This document shows positions 25,078 through 32,000 of a DNA stretch of 32,000 nucleotides, in pieces. The stretch is from an archaeon. GTDB lineage: Archaea > Iainarchaeota > Iainarchaeia > Iainarchaeales > CSSED10-239. A model generated the notes under the pieces. It was not told where the DNA came from and searched no databases. It saw only the letters and a list, made by a program, of their open reading frames with translations. The translations under genes and the position numbers were made by a program. Position 1 is the stretch's first letter, and the number at the start of each line of letters is the position of its first letter. The stretch covers positions 60,001 through 92,000 of the forward strand of contig JBBABY010000001.1 in NCBI GenBank assembly GCA_041657425.1. Reading direction: 5' to 3'.

Positions 25078-26556
25078 ATGGATTCAAAGATTATTTGCTA
25101 TGCACAAGAAAAGGACCTCATTATTAATGAGGATTGCCTAAGGTTACTTAATATTAATAACTATAAGAAAATACTTGATAAACTTTCTTCTGATAATAAA
25201 ATCTTTGTGTGCACTGACGATATTAGAAAGATTGTCAGCTTAATGAACGAAACAAACGAAATTTCTATTTCTGAAAACGGGAAAAACTTTAAGATATTTG
25301 ACGCTTATGATGTTACTGGAAAAAAACTATCACAAGGATCTGTTGATGACTTCTTATCTTTATTTACTGATAAATATAATACCTTATCAGAAATAATCAA
25401 AAAAAGAGTAGACTTTAGCTTTCAAACAATTAACGATGCTAAAAAAGAAGTCAAGAATAAAGAAGTACATATTATCGGAATGGTACTTGATAAGAGAATT
25501 ACAAAGAACGGAAATCTGTTACTTACTGTTGATGACCCCACTGGAAAAGTTAATATCGTAGTCATGGATAAACCAGATAATGGAAATGAAACTAACGCAG
25601 TTAATCCTAAAGAAATACTAATGGACAATGTGCTTGGATTTAAATGCTCAGTCTTAGGCAAAGATATGCTTATTGCTAAAGAAATAGTATATCCTGATAT
25701 TCCGTACATCACTAAACCACAAACATTGAAAGACGACTGCTATGTTGTAATACTTGGAGACACACATGTTGGAAGTAAACTATTTAGAGAAGATGAATTT
25801 AATAATTTCATTGAATGGTTAAATGGATTTAATGCAAGCGACGAAGACAAGAAAATAATCTCTAAAATTAAATATATTATTATTGCTGGAGACTTGGTTG
25901 ATGGAATTGGTATATACCCTAAGCAATATGATGAACTGGCAATTACTAATATCTTTGAACAGTATAGAGTGTTTGAAGAATTTATTTTAAAGATTCCAGA
26001 GACTATGGAAATTTTCTTAATGCCAGGTAATCACGATGCGGTTAGAGTATCTGACCCACAACCAGCAATCCCTGAAAAGTTCATGCCTAATCTTTATACT
26101 AAAAAAAATATACATCACCTTGGGTCTCCAACTTGGATTGAACTTGAAGGACTATTATTTTTAATATATCACGGAATGGCGCTACACGGGATATTTGGAA
26201 AAATCAAAGATTTAAAAATGGACAAACCTGACTTAGCACAAAAAGAACTAATCAAAAGGAGAGACTTGATGCCACAGTTTGGAGAAAAACAAACATTCAT
26301 TCCAATCGAGAAAAACTTTTTAACGATTAAAGAACAACCAGATGTTTTTATTTGCGGACACATTCATCATCACGCATATTCTAAATATAAAAGCTGTCAC
26401 TTGATTAGCACATCCTGCTGGCAATCCATAACTTCATTTCAAATAGAAATGGGCCACGTACCAACAGTTTCTAAAGCAATACTATTTAATCTAAAAGATC
26501 AAAAAGTATGTATCAAAGACTTTGAAAAACAAGAAAATAAAACAGAACAGATATGA
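25078..26556 (+). CDS. polB: DNA polymerase II (PolD) small subunit DP1, Mre11-like phosphoesterase/exonuclease
   Basis: 492 aa. OB-fold-length middle region, then calcineurin-like motifs GDTHVGS, GDLVDG, GNHD, HG and GHIHH. An ATGA overlap joins it to the DP2 gene. Confidence 0.9.
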   Translation: MDSKIICYAQEKDLIINEDCLRLLNINNYKKILDKLSSDNKIFVCTDDIRKIVSLMNETNEISISENGKNFKIFDAYDVTGKKLSQGSVDDFLSLFTDKYNTLSEIIKKRVDFSFQTINDAKKEVKNKEVHIIGMVLDKRITKNGNLLLTVDDPTGKVNIVVMDKPDNGNETNAVNPKEILMDNVLGFKCSVLGKDMLIAKEIVYPDIPYITKPQTLKDDCYVVILGDTHVGSKLFREDEFNNFIEWLNGFNASDEDKKIISKIKYIIIAGDLVDGIGIYPKQYDELAITNIFEQYRVFEEFILKIPETMEIFLMPGNHDAVRVSDPQPAIPEKFMPNLYTKKNIHHLGSPTWIELEGLLFLIYHGMALHGIFGKIKDLKMDKPDLAQKELIKRRDLMPQFGEKQTFIPIEKNFLTIKEQPDVFICGHIHHHAYSKYKSCHLISTSCWQSITSFQIEMGHVPTVSKAILFNLKDQKVCIKDFEKQENKTEQI

Positions 26557-29500
26557 GTGAATTAAATCTATTAGCAAATAAGGAGATTAAAGAATATTAT
26601 AATAAACTTACAAGCGATATAGATGTAGCTGTTGAAATTGCAAGAACTGCAAGAAAGCAAGGAAAAGACTCACATAACGATATTGAATCTATTCCTGCAA
26701 AAGGAATTGCAGAAAAAACTGAACTACTTATTGGTCCGCCAGGTGTTGCAAAAGTATATAATGAACTTTGGGAAAAGCATCATACTCGATTTCCAGTAAT
26801 GCTTGAAATATTTAATATGATTCTTGATAAAGAACTTGGAAATATTGAAGACCCTGAAAAAAGATTAGATCAAGCACTTAGAACTGCATTAATTATTGAA
26901 ACAGAGGGCGTTGTTGTTTCTCCACTTGATGGACTACCATTAATCAAACTTACAAAGAATGAGGACGGAACAGAATTTATTGATATTTATTATGCGGGAC
27001 CAATTAGAGCGGCTGGAGGTAACGCACAAACCTTACCTTTACTCTTAGGAGACCTTGCAAGAAAAAAACTTGGTATCGATAGATTTAAACCAAGTAAAAG
27101 AGAAATAGAAAGAGTGATTGAAGAAGCAATGCTTTATCAATCAGAAGTTGTGGCAAGACAACAAAGAGTAACTGAAGCAGAAGTAAGAGTGATGGTGGAG
27201 AATTGTCCTATCAGAGTAAATAGTTATGCAGATAACGAAGTTGAGATTGTTGCTAATAGAGACATTCCAGGAATTGACACAAACAAAGTTAGAGGGGCAA
27301 TGTGCCTTGTTTTAATTGATGGACTTTATGTTAGAGCACTTAAGATTATGAAGACCAGTAAGAAGATTGGACTTGATTGGTCATGGCTTGAAAAACTTGT
27401 TAAGGTTAAAAAGACCGCAGAAGGATTTGAACTTAAACCCTCAAGTAAATACCTTGAAGGATTGGCTGCTGGTAGACCTGTTTTCTCATATCCTTTTAGA
27501 GAAGGAGGGTTTAGACTTAGGTATGGCAAAGCTAGAAACACGGGGCTTATGGCAAAAGCAATTAATCCTGCAACCATGTATGTACTAGACGAATTTATTG
27601 CTGTTGGAACACACGGAAGAATTGAAAGACCAGGAAAATCTTTACAATACTTTCCATGCTCAACCATTGACGGGCCAATTGTTAGACTTAAGAACAAAGA
27701 TGTGATTTCTCTTGATTATGTTAAAGACGCGAAAAAATACGTAAATGACATTGACAAAATATTATTTGTTGGAGACATGCTTATTGCTGTTGGAGACTTT
27801 AGAAAATCAGGACACCCTTTAATCAAATCAGGATATGTAGAAGAAGAATGGCTTGCAGAAACAAATTATCTTTACAGAACAGAAAAAATAAATAAACACG
27901 TTCTTGAGATGTGTAAAGGATTTTACCAAAACCCTAATCCTTATACAGCCATTGCCTTAAGCTTAAAATATAATATCCCTTTATTCCCTAAATATATCTT
28001 TTACTATGATCTTCTTAATCACGAAGAACTAAAAATATTAATTAGACACGTAAGAGCAGCAGATAAACTCTTCTCAAATGAAGACGAAAGTACTTCGCGC
28101 GAGTCAAGCGTTGCCGACTCAGAAGATAAAAAAGAAAAAACAACAATTTTAGAAAATATAAAAGAGATCTTTGAAAAAACAATAGACACTATTGATCTTA
28201 TTGGATTAACTGAAATACTTACAAAGAAAGAAACACAAATTATTGGTATCAAGATTGAATATGATACTGAGATCAAAGCCATACTTGAAAAGATAGGACT
28301 TGTGCATAAATACTTAGAAGAAGAAAATAAAATCTTGATTGAAAAAGAACAAGCATACCCTTTCCTAAAAACTGTTGGAGCAATGAATGCCATTGACCCT
28401 ATTGAAGAATTTAAAGACGAAATTGAAAACCAAGAAAAAACAACTGTAGAAATATTAAGTCATATTTCTAAAATTGAAATTAGAGACAAATCAGGATTTT
28501 GGATTGGGGCAAGAATGGGTAGGCCAGAAGCTGCTCATGAAAGAGTTGTGGCTGGAAAAGTTAATGTATTGTTTCCTATCGGTAAAGGATATGGTAACTC
28601 TAGAGATTTTATTAAAGCAATTAAGAAAAGAGCAGATGGTGCTAACCACAACGACTTTGGAATTAACGATGTTGAGATTAAATCATTTATGTGTCTTACC
28701 TGTAAAAAAATAATATTTAATAATTATTGTTTTGATTGTAAGACTGAAGCAAAAGAAATTAGAATCTGCTTAAAATGTAATTCACAAACTTCTGACAAGA
28801 TTTGTAGTAAATGTAACTTAGAAACAAAAGTTAAGATTGATCATAAGATTAATATTGATAGACTTATTGAACATGCCGCAAACAACCTAAGAGTAGGAAT
28901 GCCTGAAAGCCTGAATGGAGTAAAAGCACTTGTTAGTAGAGATAAAGTTTCTGAACCACTTGAAAAAGGAATCTTAAGAGCCAAGCATAATGTTTCTATC
29001 TTTAGAGACGGCACTTGTAGATATGAAGCATTAAACGCAACCATCTCACAAGTATCTGCTAAAGAACTTGGAATTACACTTGAAAAATTAAAAGAACTTG
29101 GATATAAAAAAGACTATCTTGATAATGATCTTAAAGACGAAAACCAAAGAGCATCAATCTTTCCTCAAGACATTATTGTTGATGACAACTGCGGAGAATA
29201 CTTCTTAAGAGTGTCACAATTTATTGATGATGAACTTGAGAAGTTTTATGAACTTCCAAAGTTTTATAACTCTAAAACAAAAGAAGACCTTATTGGCCAA
29301 CTTGTTATTGGTCTTGCCCCACACACGTCTGCTGGAATTGTTGGAAGAATTATTGGTTACTCTAAATCTAAACTTGCGTGGGGACACCCTTATTACATAA
29401 CTGCAAAAAGAAGAAACGTTGATGGAGACCAAGACTCAATGTTATTGTTAATGGACTCTATGCTTAATTTCTCTAACAGTTATTTAAGTTCAGGAAGAGG

Positions 29501-30167
29501 AGGAAGAATGGACGCGCCTATTGCTTTTACTACTGTTCTCTCGCCATTTGAGATAGATGATGAATCACATGATATTGAAACAAACACTGAATATCCATTT
29601 GAATTTTACCAAGCAAGTAAAACCTTTACTGAAGCAGATAAGGTTCCTGAAATTATTAATGCAGGAAAATTACTTGGAACAGACAAGCAATACGATTGTA
29701 TAAAATTTACACACGACACCAATTGTTTTGATGAAGGCCCTAAGCAAAGTTCTTATATTTCCATCAAGTCAATGCATGACAAAGTACAGAAACAAGCAAA
29801 ACTTCAAGAAAGAATCCTTGCAGTAGATAACAAAGATTCTTTAGAAAGACTTCTTCATTATCATTTATTCCCAGACATCATTGGTAACACCAGAGCGTTT
29901 GCAAGACAGAAACTAAGATGCGTTAAATGTAATAAAAAGTTTAGAAGAATTCCACTTTCTGGTGTTTGTGATTGCGGAGGAAAATTAATCTTGACAATCG
30001 CACAAGGATCCATAAAGAAATATTTGGAAGTTGCAAAAAACTTAGTAATTGATTATCAACTAAACCCACATCTTTTACAAAGACTAAACATAAGTGAAGA
30101 CGAAATCAACAGCCTCTTCTCAGACAAAGAAGCAAGAATGCAGAAGTCGTTGTCTGAATATTTTTAA
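26553..30167 (+). CDS. polC: DNA polymerase II (PolD) large subunit DP2
   Basis: 1204 aa. Conserved DP2 blocks (GPIRAAGGNAQT, GARMGRPE, APHTSAG, NVDGDQD), an internal Cys4 cluster (CLTC..CFDC..CLKC..CSKC) and C-terminal CVKC...CDCGG zinc sites. The size is intein-free. Confidence 0.95.
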   Translation: MSELNLLANKEIKEYYNKLTSDIDVAVEIARTARKQGKDSHNDIESIPAKGIAEKTELLIGPPGVAKVYNELWEKHHTRFPVMLEIFNMILDKELGNIEDPEKRLDQALRTALIIETEGVVVSPLDGLPLIKLTKNEDGTEFIDIYYAGPIRAAGGNAQTLPLLLGDLARKKLGIDRFKPSKREIERVIEEAMLYQSEVVARQQRVTEAEVRVMVENCPIRVNSYADNEVEIVANRDIPGIDTNKVRGAMCLVLIDGLYVRALKIMKTSKKIGLDWSWLEKLVKVKKTAEGFELKPSSKYLEGLAAGRPVFSYPFREGGFRLRYGKARNTGLMAKAINPATMYVLDEFIAVGTHGRIERPGKSLQYFPCSTIDGPIVRLKNKDVISLDYVKDAKKYVNDIDKILFVGDMLIAVGDFRKSGHPLIKSGYVEEEWLAETNYLYRTEKINKHVLEMCKGFYQNPNPYTAIALSLKYNIPLFPKYIFYYDLLNHEELKILIRHVRAADKLFSNEDESTSRESSVADSEDKKEKTTILENIKEIFEKTIDTIDLIGLTEILTKKETQIIGIKIEYDTEIKAILEKIGLVHKYLEEENKILIEKEQAYPFLKTVGAMNAIDPIEEFKDEIENQEKTTVEILSHISKIEIRDKSGFWIGARMGRPEAAHERVVAGKVNVLFPIGKGYGNSRDFIKAIKKRADGANHNDFGINDVEIKSFMCLTCKKIIFNNYCFDCKTEAKEIRICLKCNSQTSDKICSKCNLETKVKIDHKINIDRLIEHAANNLRVGMPESLNGVKALVSRDKVSEPLEKGILRAKHNVSIFRDGTCRYEALNATISQVSAKELGITLEKLKELGYKKDYLDNDLKDENQRASIFPQDIIVDDNCGEYFLRVSQFIDDELEKFYELPKFYNSKTKEDLIGQLVIGLAPHTSAGIVGRIIGYSKSKLAWGHPYYITAKRRNVDGDQDSMLLLMDSMLNFSNSYLSSGRGGRMDAPIAFTTVLSPFEIDDESHDIETNTEYPFEFYQASKTFTEADKVPEIINAGKLLGTDKQYDCIKFTHDTNCFDEGPKQSSYISIKSMHDKVQKQAKLQERILAVDNKDSLERLLHYHLFPDIIGNTRAFARQKLRCVKCNKKFRRIPLSGVCDCGGKLILTIAQGSIKKYLEVAKNLVIDYQLNPHLLQRLNISEDEINSLFSDKEARMQKSLSEYF

Positions 30168-30170
30168 AAA
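30122..30170 (+). repeat. 49-nt direct repeat, copy 1 (functional 3' end of the DP2 gene including its stop)
   Basis: agacaaagaagcaagaatgcagaagtcgttgtctgaatatttttaaaaa matches 31120-31168 with 4 mismatches. Confidence 0.9.
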
Positions 30171-30173
30171 AGG

Positions 30174-31034
30174 TTATTTATATTTTGGTTTTCTTTTTTT
30201 CTTACTTTTTAATATTAATCTTTTTTGCTTTTCAGGAATTGTTAAATAATTATCTTTATTTGAAATCTTTCTTCCAAGCCCTTTCTCCACTTCTTTTCTT
30301 GCATTGCCTACAATTGCACCGCCTTTCTTTGCAACCACTTTGGATTTTAAATAACCTTGTGCATCTTCTTTAACTGTAATTTCCTTAGTTACTTTTTCCC
30401 CTAACATTGAGAAAATCAATTCAAACTCGTCCATATGGTCTCTTAAATTTTCATTATTTAAACCTTTGAATTTCTTATATTCGTTAGGCGTCATATCAAA
30501 AGTAGCTTTTGAAATTTCAGCTGTAAGAATTGAAAACTCTTTTTTTTCCTTTACTCCTCTTTTCTTCCATTCGTCAGTTAGTTCATCCCTAACAGCTATC
30601 CCTCTAATTCTCTTTTCAATCCATTCATCGGAGTAACCTTTAGCTATAAAAAGAGCCTTCATTCTTTTTTGAGCAAGCTCTGGATTTTGTATCTCTTGTA
30701 TTCTTTCATAACCCACTTGAGAAAGCCACAGTTTGAAAGGTTCTGCTTTTGGGGAGGGAATTGATTGAATTAATCTAAATGCGCCTTTAATAGATATACA
30801 ATTTAAATTTTGTTTACCACCAACTGTATCTATCAAAAGGGGGGTGGCAATTTGCCCCCACCCTTTATTAAAAGATTCGTCTCTTCTTCTCATATCTTTT
30901 AAATATCCTGATGGATCTTTAGAATCAGTTAATACCTCAACTATATCGGTCGCAACAACCCACCATTCTTCATTAAACCAAGTTCTTCTAATTTTCTTGT
31001 TTTCAAAAATAACTATTGAATTATTTGTTTCCAT
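30174..31034 (-). CDS. Bro-N domain protein (phage/virus-associated antirepressor-like family)
   Basis: 286 aa. The N-terminal Bro-N pattern is IFENKKIRRTW..EEWWVVATDIVEVL. The highly characteristic downstream blocks are IQSIPSPKAEPFKLWLSQVGYERI, RDELTDEWKKRG and ENLRDHM. Confidence 0.8.
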   Translation of the reverse strand: METNNSIVIFENKKIRRTWFNEEWWVVATDIVEVLTDSKDPSGYLKDMRRRDESFNKGWGQIATPLLIDTVGGKQNLNCISIKGAFRLIQSIPSPKAEPFKLWLSQVGYERIQEIQNPELAQKRMKALFIAKGYSDEWIEKRIRGIAVRDELTDEWKKRGVKEKKEFSILTAEISKATFDMTPNEYKKFKGLNNENLRDHMDEFELIFSMLGEKVTKEITVKEDAQGYLKSKVVAKKGGAIVGNARKEVEKGLGRKISNKDNYLTIPEKQKRLILKSKKKRKPKYK

Positions 31035-31119
31035 AAACTTTTCACCAATTATATATACTTTATAATTGGCAATATAAAAAGCTTTCTAGGGTGGCTGTCC
31101 AGTGCGAAATAGTATTTTT

Positions 31120-31168
31120 AGACAAAGAAGCAAGAATGCAGAAATCGTTATCTGAATTTTTCTAAAAA
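31120..31168 (+). repeat. 49-nt direct repeat, copy 2 (orphan copy of the DP2 3' end)
   Basis: agacaaagaagcaagaatgcagaaatcgttatctgaatttttctaaaaa would encode DKEARMQKSLSEFF-stop, against DKEARMQKSLSEYF-stop in the real gene. Confidence 0.9.
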
Positions 31169-31184
31169 TTAGTTATATTTCAGA

Positions 31185-31310
31185 TTATTTTTTAGCATAC
31201 TTGAATGGCGCAGCTTTAAGAGACGAGATTGATTGAATAATTCAAAATGTGCCTTTTATATTTGCACAATCTGTTTCATAATATTTGCCATCATAAGATA
31301 TTAGTTTCAG
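31185..31310 (-). pseudogene. decayed fragment of a second Bro-N gene
   Basis: The reverse-strand translation LISYDGKYYETDCANIKGTF*IIQSISSLKAAPFKYAKK* aligns with LIDTVGGKQNLNCISIKGAFRLIQSIPSPKAEPFKLW of the intact gene (about half identical). It has an in-frame stop at 31242-31244, and both the N- and C-terminal parts are missing. Confidence 0.7.
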
Positions 31311-31384
31311 TTGGTAACAAAATGTCACCGACTTATTGTGATTTATATCTAATAAATCTATAACACAATTTACATTAATCCTAA

Positions 31385-32000
31385 TCAAGCATCGCGGATA
31401 CAAAAAAATGGCAAAGCGACGTTTTTTGCGTGAGGCTCATGATCGTGATTAGCAGTATCAAATGCATATGCGTAATTGTGGTTTTCAACTTTACTTGTAC
31501 TGGACCAATATGGGCCACCAGGATAAATCGTAGAATTGTATATTGTATAAATGTCTGGATTTGTAATAGCGGCTATTTGATTTTTTGCGGGAAGATACCA
31601 ATCACTCCAACCATGATAATTTAAATCTGCACAAATGCTTGCTGCAATTGGTCTATCATTACAATTATTAACAATCATATTTGTATTATTAGAACCATTA
31701 TCATCTGATATTGCCCCAATATATATATACCCTTGACAACCCCAGCTTTTTAAAGATCGATTAGAAATATAGAACGCAATATTTGACTGACCGTTTAGTT
31801 TTGCATACGAAATATCATCATTTACAAAATATAAATTAGAGACAATATTACTTGGTAACATGCCGTCTTTATAAGCTCGTGCCTTTATTGTTTGTTGTAC
31901 CGTCAGTGTTATTGGATCTGTATATTGAGAACTACTTGGTGTTGGATAAAGACCGTTTTTTGTATAATAAATTGTTGCTCCAGGAGTTTCACAATTTAGA
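31385..32000 (-). CDS. surface protein with Fn3-associated (chitobiase/hexosaminidase C-terminal-like) repeat and C-terminal DUF1566 (Lcl-like) domain; N-terminus beyond window
   Basis: The frame stays open upstream of the track's Met (31861) to the window edge: NCETPGATIYYTKNGLYPTPSSSQYTDPITLTVQQTIKARAYKDGMLPS, an Fn3_assoc-type pattern. The C-terminal half has DUF1566 hallmarks: GWSDWYLPAKNQI, YWSSTS and a terminal FFCIRDA. Confidence 0.65.
   Translation of the reverse strand, partial: LNCETPGATIYYTKNGLYPTPSSSQYTDPITLTVQQTIKARAYKDGMLPSNIVSNLYFVNDDISYAKLNGQSNIAFYISNRSLKSWGCQGYIYIGAISDDNGSNNTNMIVNNCNDRPIAASICADLNYHGWSDWYLPAKNQIAAITNPDIYTIYNSTIYPGGPYWSSTSKVENHNYAYAFDTANHDHEPHAKNVALPFFCIRDA

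Noticed and set aside
27326-27697. 123-aa minus-strand ORF, and several other 60-140-aa antisense ORFs (e.g. 22755-23180, 23930-24274, 28019-28393, 8728-9009)
   Set aside because: All lie fully inside well-supported longer genes on the opposite strand and have shadow-ORF composition.
28060-28450. Possible intein or foreign insertion in DP2 (acidic/Ser-rich stretch SNEDESTSRESSVADSEDKKEK with a local GC spike)
   Set aside because: The total length (1204 aa) is normal for an intein-free DP2. I saw no intein splice-junction or homing-endonuclease motifs. The region corresponds to a known variable linker part of DP2.
31047-31071. 8-bp inverted repeat ccaattat...ataattgg upstream of the Bro-N gene
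   Set aside because: It is short and AT-rich and overlaps the probable TATA region. It is compatible with chance or a simple promoter feature, so it is not strong enough to call as an operator or recombination site.
1-32000. tRNA, rRNA or other structured RNA genes, and transposase/integrase genes
   Set aside because: I scanned the intergenic spacers for GC-rich, cloverleaf-capable segments and the ORFs for DDE/tyrosine/serine recombinase motifs. None was found. This was by eye only; tRNAscan-SE/Infernal and HMM searches should confirm.

Overview
Strongly AT-rich, tightly packed archaeal chromosomal segment. The archaeal assignment rests on gene content: Orc1/Cdc6, PolD DP1+DP2, NAC, ribosomal proteins S15 (S13e type) and S3Ae, Bud32, a Nog1-like GTPase, UPF0147 and SecFD. 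Mixed in are bacterial-type genes (MnmA, a Bro-N protein, a DUF1566/Fn3-associated surface protein). Together with the small proteins and short spacers, this fits a reduced DPANN-like archaeon, but that is inference only. Most of the window is housekeeping: replication, tRNA thiolation and dihydrouridine modification, ValRS, ribosomal proteins, secretion. I saw no rRNA, tRNA, CRISPR array, transposase or integrase. The unusual content is as follows. (1) Three loci share one architecture: an accessory gene sits just downstream of a gene whose 3' terminal coding sequence is duplicated on the far side of the accessory gene. The cases are polD-large with a Bro-N cassette plus a decayed second copy, bud32 with a nonapeptide-repeat protein, and a micro-ORF with a 242-aa protein. 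(2) Two paralogous proteins share an N-terminal FQKKAxGTETQKT module conserved at nucleotide level; one carries 19 in-register 9-residue repeats. (3) Two tandem Shine-Dalgarno-led micro-ORFs (30 and 25 aa, lysine-rich) are missing from the ORF track. (4) A minimal 139-aa exosortase/archaeosortase-like membrane protein has Cys/Arg/His in the expected order. All functional calls come from motif recognition by eye; no searches were run.
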